From Trichosphaerium sp. ATCC 40318 (lineage: Eukaryota > Protista > Tubulinea): a DNA stretch of 64,000 bases. Positions 13,147-24,607 of the stretch are shown one piece after another. The notes beneath the pieces are model-generated. The model worked only from the letters and a program-made list of their open reading frames with translations. It was not told the origin of the DNA and did not search any database. Within the stretch, counting starts at the first letter, position 1, and every line of letters starts with the position of its first letter. Position numbers and translations under genes: made by a program. The stretch spans positions 124,001-188,000 of the forward strand of contig JALMLS010000056.1 of assembly GCA_038496445.1 (NCBI GenBank), given 5' to 3'.

Positions 13147-14923
13147 ATGAATACACCCCACGGGTACAGAACACCAGCGCCGCGAGATAGGGCCTTGCAA
13201 AATTCGGACAAACGTACGCTGTCTCAAAACGCCTCCAATAGCGTTTAATGGCCATTAGAAAATCGCAGTTTCTCAGAGAACTCCAAGTCCAAAAAACTGG
13301 CTGTAAAAGACTTTGAGTTCCTTGAAAAGGTTGGTAAAGGCGGTTTCGGCGAGGTATGGGGTCCTACCTAATAAAGTAAGCAATAACACCTTAAAGGTAT
13401 TTCTCGTTCGTAAGCGTAGAACTGGTGAATTATTGGCACTAAAGATAATGAATAAGAAGCTTATCTGGAAAAAAAATAAAGTACAAACTTTACATCACGA
13501 CATCAATTTCTAAAAAAATGCTACGTGCTAGGTCCGTCAAGTAAAGAACGAACGAGATGTTCTTGCAATACACGTAACGGATTGGATAGTAGAGCTCTTC
13601 TACTCTTTTCAGGACGCTACAAATCTTTATTTAGCGATGGCACGTGATTCTTAAACATAACTTCTAATTTTGTTTCAACTTCGATTTGTAACCACACAGT
13701 TTTTTCTTATCGTTTGACTAGGAGTATTGTCCTGGTGGCGACTTGGGAAGGTTGTTAGACGCCATTGAAACTTTTTACGAAAACGAAGCGGCTCACTACA
13801 TGGCAGAGATTGTAGTATGTGTAAATGCTCTACATAAGCTTGGCTATATCCACAGAGATCTAAAACCAGATAATTTCCTCATTGATGCTGGTGGCCATAT
13901 CAAACTGGCTGATTTCGGTTTATCTAAAGAAGGAGTAAAGCTACCTTGTATTAGTACTAACGACAAGGAAAATGTGGAGCCTTCTTCACCACTCTTTGAT
14001 CGTGGATCAGAGCCGACAGAGGAATCCAAAGCATACTCTGTAGTAGGTAGTCCTAACTACATGTCTCCAGAGGTTTTGAAGCTAGAGGGATATGGATTGG
14101 AAGCGGACTGGTGGAGCGTTGGGTGTATTTTTTTTGTGCGTTCTATTTTCTAACAAAACTGATTTCTTATGTTTGGTCAAAGGAAATGGTTGTAGGTTAC
14201 CCTCCATTCTGTGATTCGACACCAGAGAAAGTGTTTCGTAAGGTGATGCGATGGAGGCATGTATTGCCTACTGAATTAGCTACGAACGCGCACGTGATGT
14301 CAGCATCGCTCAGTAACTTATTGACCAGGTACCAACCAATGAAGGCGACAATAGACTTACCTCACTAGCTTTTTATGTCCTCCAACTCGCAGGCTTGGTA
14401 TTAATGGGATTGATGAAATTAAAGTCCATCCCTTTTTCGGAGGAGCAGTGCCGATAAACTGGGATACTCTCAAAGAGCAGAAACCTTTTTTTGTTCCAAA
14501 TGTATGTGGGATTGTGACTTTATCGATGTTAATATTGCCTTAGCTTTCAGATACAGCAGACACAACCTACTTCAGTCCTGAGAAGCTACCTAGTCCTGGT
14601 TTTGAGCGCGTCGATAGGAACCCAGAGAAATTGGTAGCCAAGACACCAAGGCACCAACTGCGCTTCTCTAAGAGTATCGGAGGTGATGATACGCCTTTAC
14701 CCGAGTGTCCTCTTTCTATGAAGGTATGCACTTATTCTGCAATGACTGATTTGCATGCTGACATCTTTGTAAGGGTAAAGAGATACTTGGGTTCACGTAT
14801 AAACGATTGAAACCTTTTTCGAGACACACCAGACCTGACTTACATTTTCTTGAAGATCGCATGAATTTCAAGTTGGAAGGAGTTGATGGTGATGAGTTAC
14901 TTGACTCTATGAATACATTTTAG
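13147..14923 (+). CDS. NDR/Dbf2-family AGC Ser/Thr kinase
   Basis: DFEFLEKVGKGGFGEV, LAMEYCPGGDL, HRDLKPDNFLID, DFGLS followed by an insert, AYSVVGSPNYMSPEV, C-terminal hydrophobic motif GFTYKR. Confidence 0.9.
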
Positions 14924-15229
14924 TCACAAGCACGTGTAATTCATAAGAAAAGATAGATTGTATAGTGTACATTAAGCATAGCCGTAGTAAAAAAAATAAA
15001 GTGGTTAGAAGAGTTTTAGTCCAAAAAAGTGAGATTCTCGCGAATATCTGGTAATTACGTTAACATTATGTTAATCTTGGCATAGTGCATTATTATATGC
15101 TCGTTTGTGAGTGTACTAGAGCAACAATGAAATAGTTGTGTTATCAAAAAATAGGAAACAAATTCATTGTTGCCTTAACGGTATTAAAAAGCGATTTAAC
15201 AGTGGTATGAAAGCAAGATTGTACTAGAT

Positions 15230-18200
15230 ATGGCGGCTGCTTCATTTGTCCGCGCTTTGCAGAAGAAAGTGTCTGGCGACAAAAACAGATACGATAGGGA
15301 TGGGTTTAACTTGGATTTGACGTACATCACAGACCGCATAATTGGTTTGTAGCAAGTTTTCGCTAGTTGGCATTAATTGTTTGTAGCAATGTCCTTTCCA
15401 GCCACTGGAGTAGAAGCTACATACCGTAATAATATCGATGAGGTCGCTGCTATGCTCAAACAAAAACACAATAAGCATTTTCTCATTTACAATCTTTCTC
15501 AACGCGAAATAGACACTACGAAGTTTGACAACAAGGTGCTTATACATTTTATTGTACATAAATAACTGAAAAACCCATTAAAGGTTGTCGATTGGTGTGG
15601 ATGGCCGGATCACCACGCCCCACCTTTACAACTACTTGTCAGAGTAATTTTAGATATTGACATGTTCTTACTTGAGCATCCCGATAATGTTGTCGCTATA
15701 CATTGCCTAGTGCGTCAATCGTGATCGCTTATGTACTAAAAAATAATTAGGCAGGTAAAGGGCGTACTGGGACTCTGATAGCGTCTTGTTTGATATATGC
15801 TGGACTCTTCAAAGAGGCACCAGATGCGTTATCATATTTTGCAGCTAAAAGATCCAATAATAATTGGGGCGTATCAAATCCTGGTCAACTTCGGTGTGTG
15901 CGCTGAGAGGCTCCTAGCACTTACTGTGGTTATCGGTTTTAATTAATTCTTTTCTACGAAGGGGCGTTCAGTACTTTGCGAGTATAATGGCTTCGAGAGT
16001 GGCACCAATGAGAAGATGTTTGAATTTATTATCGATTGCTATTTCTTGTTGTCCAGAATTGAAAGGACACAAGACGTTTTGTCCTGTTATTACAGTTTAT
16101 GACACAACAGAAGTCATAGAGAAAGCACCTAGAGGCGGCAGACTCTTATGGACGAATAAAGATTCTGATAATAAAATGGAATGGTGAGAAATGTCATGTT
16201 AGAAATTTTTGTCTTTTTTTTTTTGACACTTCGTGTGCAATTTCGTTGCGTTTCTTCACTGAAAACAAACACGTGTTTGCTTCGTTTCACTAAGCTTATT
16301 GTTTAGGCCAATTGATCAAAGAGATATGCTCATACCTATTAACACAATGCTTAATGGTGATGTGGTGATAACCCTAGAAAACCACAAGTATGCAATACAG
16401 CCCATGGTGCTAAAAATGATTCTTTTTTAGAGCTGGAAAATTAAGTCCATTAGGCTTTTTCTCCTTTAATACAGGCATGGTTACAAGGTAATAAATTAAT
16501 TCGTATAATTTATACCAGAATTAACGGTGTTTAGTGATGTGTTACGCTTCACACGAGCGGAGATTGATGATGCTTACAAAGATTTGAGGTTCTTTATGCC
16601 AATTTGTTATTTCTAAAGACATCTCTAGGTTTCCTGGGGACTTCTGTTTGGATCTATATTGTACTGATGAAGTTCCTGCAAAAGTAATAGAGGAATATGA
16701 GAGCAAGGCCACTGTTGACGAATCTTTCTGGAGAGGTGTGTCAACCATAACTATGACTGCATTTAACCTTGTTCTGTAGGTATATTTACGTCTGCTGATG
16801 ATCGTAAAGGATCTTTGTGTTTTACTGGTGATAATATTGATGGTATAGTTTAATTCTAGTTTGTTCACTACTAATTGATATACAGAAAAAATTACCAAAG
16901 CCAGAGAACTAGTCAAGTTCCGAGGTGTAAGTTATTTCCTTTTTTGAAAAAAACCTTTTACTTACTCACATGTGATAGGAACGTACTGTAGAGAAGGGAG
17001 GTTATCTAGTAAAGCTAGGTCATATTGTAAAAAACTGGAAACGAAGGTGGTTTGTTCTTAGAGAAGACCGTTTATGTTACTATAAAAAACCCAACGTGCG
17101 GCCTTTATTTTGCAGCTATTAATAATACCTGTTCTTACTTATATATTTAGAACATCAAACCTGTTGGTGAGATTAGGTTAAGGGATATAAACACAATCAA
17201 AGAAGTCTCCGATTTGAAGATTTCGGAAAATAAACAGAACGCATTTATCATTTATACCCACAGCGGGAATTATATTTGTGCAGCTGTAAATGAGAAAGAG
17301 ATGGAAGTAAGACATACTAGATATAAAATATTACTTTTAGTGTTCATCTATATTACTAGGATTGGATAGAAGCGATTGAGAATGCAAAGTTACTGCACCT
17401 GGCGCTTGAAGGAAATGTTCCAATATCACATCAAATACCTATTGTTGGAAATATAAAGATTAAGGTTCAAAGATCTAGAGGACTGCCTAATCTTAACGTT
17501 ACAAAGAAAGGTAAGTATAGAGGTACTTGTAGTCAGCATTAGAGCTAATGTATTGTCTAGTTGTTCATCCGTATTGTATTGTTATTTTAGGAGAGCAAAG
17601 ATACAAGACTTTAAATGCTGTTGGGGCTAATGCTACTTGGCCAGAAGAAGAAGTCTTTGAGTTTGATGTAAGAGCAGGTAGCAAGTAAGTCCTCAAGAAT
17701 ATATTGTTTTGTTACCGCCCTCTAACGTTGCTACAAGGTATGCTGTGATCCAAGTTTGGGACCACAATAAATTTTTAGCAGATGGGTTTTTGGGTGAGGT
17801 AAAGCTGTTGATTAAGCGCCTATTATACCAAACAAAAGTTGTAAAGGTAAGGAGCTTTTTAATAATCAAAGCAAACGTTTTCTTAACATTGGTTCCTTAG
17901 AAAGAAGGCTGGTTCAACCTGTACAGGTACATAAACAGACACATTTACCCACTTGAACTTTGAGCTTGATGCTACAAGGAACAACGAAAACCCAGTGTGA
18001 AGTAGATTCTAAAACTGGATTTTTCATTTTTCTCTTTTTGGGTCGTTTTTGATTTCCTGTTTTAGACCACGTGCACAAAGTGGTGTGTTCGGTAAAATAT
18101 TTTTGCAAGTGGAATACACACCTATAGCACCTATTGATAAACCCCTGGAAAAACCAAAGGTAACAGTGAAAAAGAAACTATTCCGACATTCTCAGTCTTA

Positions 18201-18770
18201 AGCTTATAATCATAGGATACCTCTATAATCCCTTTGGATGAGTCAATGGAAAGAGCGTTTATAGATAATGGTGAAGAACAAGAAACAGATATAAAAAAGC
18301 CTGAGATGAAGAGAGAAATGTCAAATGACGTAACCTCTATTTGGCAGGCAGGTGATGTTGTTTATGGTACGTATCACTAAATTGTATGAGAAAGAACAAT
18401 TCTAAGCAGAGTCTTCTAGTACCGGAGCATCACGTTGACCTTAATGAGAGCGGTGAGATTAAACGATCTACTGAGTGGAGTTTACCCTCCCCAAGGCGAA
18501 ATGAAGATTTGATCGATGACGGAGATGACGTTCGCACACCTTCTTTGAGGTAAGATTTTTTTATCGTTTGTAGTCTCGTTCTTTTGCTGATGGTTATGTA
18601 GTCGGCCCGTGTCTCAGAGTATGGGCGTTTCTATTGGCCGTAGAATCCTTGGGACGCATCCAGAAGAGGCACAGCAATCAGAGAGTATACCACCAGAGCA
18701 ACCAACCACCTGGATTGATGGTAACTATCAAAACAATAATTACAAACGTGATTATTCTAATTCCATGTAA
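15230..18770 (+). CDS. PTEN-like phosphatase with tensin-type C2, PH and a second C2 domain
   Basis: VSGDKNRYDRDGFNLDLTYITDRII, WPDHHAPPL, P-loop HCLAGKGRTG; PH motif GYLVKLGHIVKNWKRRWFVL; C2 motifs PYCIVILGEQRYKT and VWDHNKFLADGFLGEV. Confidence 0.85.
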
Positions 18771-19080
18771 AGTACAACCTATTTGTAAACAAAAAAAACA
18801 TTATTTACAACCCTTAATTATGTTTTAAATGCGAAAACATGTACACAAAGGTTTTTAACGAAATCCAATTTGATAGAACTTGGGAAAAAAGAACGTGCGC
18901 TTAGAAAACTCGATAGAATTTCGGGTAAAGCACTACCCGCTTACTATCGATACATTGTTAATTCGATTAACCAGGTAAGTAGTGTTCTATTCCCGTAAGT
19001 TTGGACAGAAATTGCTAATGCGGAAGCGTTAAGTCAGCGTGGTTTTTTTACAAAGTATTACTTTGTAACATACAGTCTAT

Positions 19081-21834
19081 ATGGGTGACCGTAAGCGTAA
19101 ACGTACAGATCAAGGCCGCCATGCGGCTTGCGCTAAATGTAGGTCTAAACACCTAAAGTGTGACGGAAATCATCCGTGCAGTCGCTGTATTAAGTTGAGC
19201 GTATCTTGTGAGTACAGTGAACCCAAAAAGCGTGGTCCTATCAGAGGTACGAATAAAATAAAAGTATTAATGAAAAGGTTGCCAAAAAACATCAAAAACC
19301 TCTCGTTTAACACTGACACAACAGGACGCCGTGGAAAATTAGTGGAAGAACTGAGTTTGGTCAAGACGGAGTTAGAGCGACAAAAGCAGGAGGTAGAGCG
19401 TTGGAAAAGACTATACAAGCAAGCATCAGCAGGGCAAGTACGTAGTAGTGCGAGTTAAAGCTTGAACTTCACAAGAACTCATAATTCTCTGAACCGAACT
19501 TGTTTCTACCTTTTTCCCACAATTTTACCACTCCTGACACCCTTCTAGCCAAAGCTTTGGAAGCTATCTACACATTTTGGTCTAAGTTCTGCCCTTTCAG
19601 CGTACATTGATGTCTATCGCGAGTGGTTAAATCCGTGGAATGTACGAAAACTACAACGAATTTTTTGTGTCAGATTTTTAACGTGATCGTAGGGAAACCC
19701 TCATCCCGAAAGTTTACAGCCTTCAGCAATCCTTAATGCTTTAAAGTCAAGCAATGGTAATTAAAAAAAAAAATACGTACTATCACGTGGTAATACGTCA
19801 GTGATAGATGCGTTGGTTTCGTTGTTTTAATACATGATAACATGATTTATTGACAATAGCTTGGCAATATGATTCGACAATGCTAGAAGTTCTCTCTTGC
19901 ATTGCTTATTCTGCGAGGATGGGAGGTTATAAAGCACATGCAGATCAATTCATTACAATGAGTAAACAGGTGTTAAGGAACCTTTACGATACAAGAACCT
20001 TGTCTGTTGCATGTATGTTAGACTGTAACAGCTATTTGTTTTGGTTTTACTTATAGGTTTTTTTAGGTGGTACTTACATGGTTGGTATATACCTCTCGAA
20101 CTTTGAAAGCTTGCCTTCTGGATACTTTTACATGGAAATAGCGAATTGTACGTTAACTCTTCTGAGCTTGACCCTTTAACAAACTCTATTTAGCGATTAG
20201 GAAGGGTTTGGCTAACACTAAAGCAATAACGACAAACAAGCAAAACCAGCACAGATTTGACAGACTCACAACTGGTTTTTACTTGCACATGATCGATTTT
20301 CAAAATTTGACTAGGCACGTGTTATTTCTGCAAATAAGCAAAAACGAACACTACATTTCTATTATTAAAAACTGGGTGTTTGGAAGGCGAAAAAGAATTT
20401 GACGTTGATTTGTACTCTAATCACGTGATTTTTTTTTGTGTAATTCTTTTTAACAGAGAAAAACTTGTCAATACTTATGAAGAACTGTCAATACAGTTCG
20501 AAGATTTATCTATATCGTCGGAAAAGAAAAAGTTTTCACTAACTGAAGTTGTTCAAAAACTTTGGGCTACATGCACAGGAGTACGATTGTATACAAAAAA
20601 AAAGCGAAAAAAAAGACAGTCATTTTTCCTGATAGTATTTATCCCTCTTAGCTTTGGTTTAAACTATGTGATATGTCTTGGTTTGGTTCATTGTGGCCAC
20701 CAGAATCCTGCGTGAGACCTAAACTTGTACGTAAACTTGAGGGTAAAATTCTGGCTATTCCTCTAAGATACTTTACAGTCACAACAGGAATATACGCAAA
20801 TTATGGAAAAACTTGGGCATGCAAAGCACTTTACTGATGCCGAACTATCTGTTCATTCTATAACAAATGCTGGTGCCTTCTCTTTGATGTTAGATTCACT
20901 TGTTGCACAGTGTAATCATGCAATGTCTAATCATGATATTGCCTTACAAGTACGAACACTTTCTTTTTTGAGCCAACTTGTTATGATGAATTTTTTTTTC
21001 TAACATTTACTTAGCAAGCATGGGGCTGTTGGCATAGATACAAGCAGCATAATAACCTCACATTGTTCCCAGGAACAATGTGTATTGTTCATACAATTGT
21101 TGCCATTGCTATTCATCATAGAGACGTACAACTCTTTAATGTTGTGAGTGCTAGCAGGATATTTCATAAAAATTAAACGCTAATCCTTGTTTTCTAGAGT
21201 TTTAGTGCTCTTCTTGAAGTTAGCGGACTTTGGTTGGTAGCTGGCGTTATGGCAAAGTGCGGACTTTAGTTAACTCCTTCCTTTTTAACTGACTTCGAAT
21301 AGTGCCTCTTATGATGAAGCGACACAGGCTGGTATTGATACATCAATATTTAATGAATCAATGGAAGAACTGAAGCGCAGTAAGCCAACTACTGTACAAG
21401 AGCTGTACGTGCATGATTTTTATCCTTTTAGGCACTTACTTTTTTTTTAAAGTACAAGCTTTGAAAAACGTGAAGATGGTGGACCTGTGTCACCACATAA
21501 TACGGATAACAGTGCAACAACTTCTGTATTTAATGAAGAAATGAAAAACTTTCCAGAGATGTTCATATTGAGAGATCAGCAAGTGAACCAGCAACCAGAA
21601 GCTGTATCACCTGCTTTTGTTGAACTTGATTCTGAGATTAATATGACGCAACCTCCAATTTATAGCCCTGATTTACAAGCTGAACTCCATCCAGATATCG
21701 ATATGACACAATCCCCAAATTTTAATCCTGATTTTCAAGTACCAATTGACTTTACTGATTTGACACCACCCCCAAATATTAATGAACCAGTATTGTATGA
21801 TAACTTTCTCACTCTGGATGAGTTTCAAATGTAA
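19081..21834 (+). CDS. Zn(II)2Cys6 (GAL4-type) transcription factor
   Basis: ACAKCRSKHLKCDGNHPCSRCIKLSVSCEY followed by KKRGP and a coiled coil; acidic, Pro-rich C-terminal exon at 21487-21834. Confidence 0.8.
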
Positions 21835-22339
21835 ACACCAGGGCGTGTCTGTTAACTTTGTAATTGTAATTCTAGTAATAAAAAAGACTGTTTAACAAAT
21901 CAAGTCGTTATTGATTTTAAGTAACTTGCTATCTCGAAAAACCAAAAAACAAATACGAAGATTAACTCTATGTGACTTGTCCGTCAAAGACAGCAAATTG
22001 TACATTAGCCAACAGTTACGTAGGTGACCTCAAAATAGTTCTCTTTGGAAACGTGTTATCTGTTACGTTATTCCGTGCAACTACCTTGTTTGGCATAATA
22101 ACACTGTACTTTGGTGCCAAGCGCTGTAATGATACGCAGATAAATAATTCAACAACTCGTTCATCACGTGCCAAACGAAAATTTTATGTTCATACAATTA
22201 ATGCCAGGTAAAGAAAAACAAAAGGCAAGATAAAACCAAAAAACAAAGAAAGCATCGAACATCAAATATTTAACATTATTTTATTAAAGGTTTTACAAAT
22301 TTGTGTCAGTTTTTTACAAAAACACCATCAGGTGTAGAC

Positions 22340-23791
22340 TTAGAAGCATTTTCTGTGGACGATGGCTGGGCCAGACTCGTCGTATTCTTCCTTGGAGATC
22401 CACATTTGTTGGAAAGTGGAGAGGGAAGCAAGGATGGATCCTCCAATCCAGACGGAGTATTTTCTCTCTGGTGGAGCAATGATCTTGATCTTCATGGTGG
22501 AAGGAGCAAGAGCGGTCAATTCCTTTTGCATGCGGTCGGCGATACCTGGGAACATAGTGGTACCTCCAGAAAGGACAACGTTACCGTACAAGTCCTTACG
22601 GATATCAACATCGCACTTCATGATGGAGTTGTATGTGGTCTCGTGGACTCCGGAGGATTCCATACCGAGGAAAGAAGGTTGGAAGAGAGCTTCTGGGCAT
22701 CTGAAACGCTCGTTTCCGATGGTGATGACTTGACCGTCAGGAAGTTCGTAGGACTTCTCGAGGGAAGAGGATGAAGCAGCGGTGCCCATCTCTTGTTCGA
22801 AGTCAAGAGCAACGTAGCAGAGTTTCTCCTTGATGTCGCGAACAATTTCGCGCTCAGCGGTGGTGGTGAATGAGTAACCACGCTCGGTGAGGATCTTCAT
22901 CAAGTAATCGGTGAGATCGCGACCAGCCAAATCCAAACGCAAGATAGCGTGAGGAAGGGCGTAACCTTCGTAGATTGGGACTGTGTGGGTAACACCATCA
23001 CCAGAATCGAGGACAATACCTGAAAAACAAGTCAGAACGATATTCAGGTGCATTTTTGGGTTATCACGAATACTTACCGGTGGTACGTCCAGAAGCGTAC
23101 AAGGAAAGTACAGCTTGGATAGCTACGTACATAGCTGGGGTGTTGAAGGTCTCGAACATAATTTGTGTCATTTTCTCTCTGTGGGTAAAAGTAAGCGACA
23201 ACACTCTCAAAAACACGCCAAAAGAGGAAAGAAAAGATGCTAACGCGTACCTGTTAGCTTTTGGGTTCAATGGAGCTTCAGTGAGGAGAACTGGGTGCTC
23301 TTCTGGGGCAACGCGGAGCTCGTTGTAGAAGGTGTGATGCCAGATTTTCTCCATGTCGTCCCAGTTGGTGACAATACCGTGTTCAATAGGGTATTTCAAT
23401 GTGAGGATACCACGTTTGGATTGAGCCTCATCACCGACGTATGAGTCTTTTTGACCCATACCTACCATAACACCAGTGTGTCTTGGGCGACCAACAATAG
23501 ATGGGAAGACAGCGCGAGGTGCGTCATCACCGGCAAAACCGGCTTTGCACATACCGGATCCGTTGTCTACTACCAAAGCTTGTACTAAAGGAAGGAGTTA
23601 GAGCGTGTGAGTTGCATTTGGTTTAAAACTAGCGTTTAGCAAGTAAAAAGTAGTAGGATAGCGTAAAAAGCAAGATACTAAGCCCACGAATGGTGTAGGC
23701 GCTTTATGGTAAAGCCAAAAGGCAAAATAGGTTTTGCGTAAAGGAAAGAAGTTGCAAAGAGTTGGGAAAGCGTACCATCGTCGTCACACAT
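22340..23791 (-). CDS. ACT: Actin, 4 exons
   Basis: [22 protein letters not shown] through [15 protein letters not shown]; biased codon usage typical of a highly expressed gene. Confidence 0.99.
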
Positions 23792-24607
23792 TTTTAGTTG
23801 TTGTTTATACTGTAAGTATTTATTATTATGTTTCTGGTCTGACGTAAATAGCTGGGAATTTTTGAAATTTCCGAAAGTTGCTCGAACCTCATCGACTTTC
23901 AGTATTTGTTGGAAGAATTATGTGTAAAAAAAGAATCTTCAAGTATAGCGCTATTCAAAGACTCCTACAGCGTTCATGTGCATATTCGAATCGAATACAA
24001 ATAGATTTAGTGAATTTATGGCGAAAAACTTCACATTTATTGTGTTTCGAGCTTGATAGGGTAGTATGTGGTTGCAGGGTTTATAAATACGTCGTTTTTT
24101 AGAGTAAACTGCGCAAAGGAAAGTTTTTTTTGGAATCACGTCACTTGTTTTATTTGGAACAACGTTCCCAATGATTTGGTTTATTGTGAGCGTTTACAGC
24201 GATATCAAATACTTCGTCAAACTACAATATTCCGGACTTTTGAAAATAGAGTTGCTGTTTTTAATCTTTTAGAAATGGAGAGTACGTTGCGTAGTTAACA
24301 GTGTATTTTTGTACGCTTCGTATTCTGCTATTTCGTAAAAGGGTAGAGTGAATTTAAAACCAATTGTACGCAGGCATGATTCTCGCTGTTTTGTACTAGC
24401 AAAAGGTATCATGTCTCGCGTGCAAACCGTGATATTTGTACCTGTCTAAAAAACATACTGTATTGGAATTCTTCATAAACTGACATTCTTCTACTTTGAC
24501 TCAAACGGCTGACAATAGTCACTGACATACAAGTTGGAATTGTTACTTTCAGGAAGTGTTTTTTATTTTACAACAGTTGGGTAGTATGTACAAGTAGGTT
24601 TTCGTTT

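Noticed and set aside
22301-22881. Long antisense and alternate-frame ORFs over actin (157, 123 and 87 aa)
   Set aside because: These are shadow ORFs caused by biased codon usage in a highly expressed gene.
23800-24590. Short ORFs upstream of actin
   Set aside because: They have no splice structure or protein-like composition; this is most likely the actin promoter and intergenic region.
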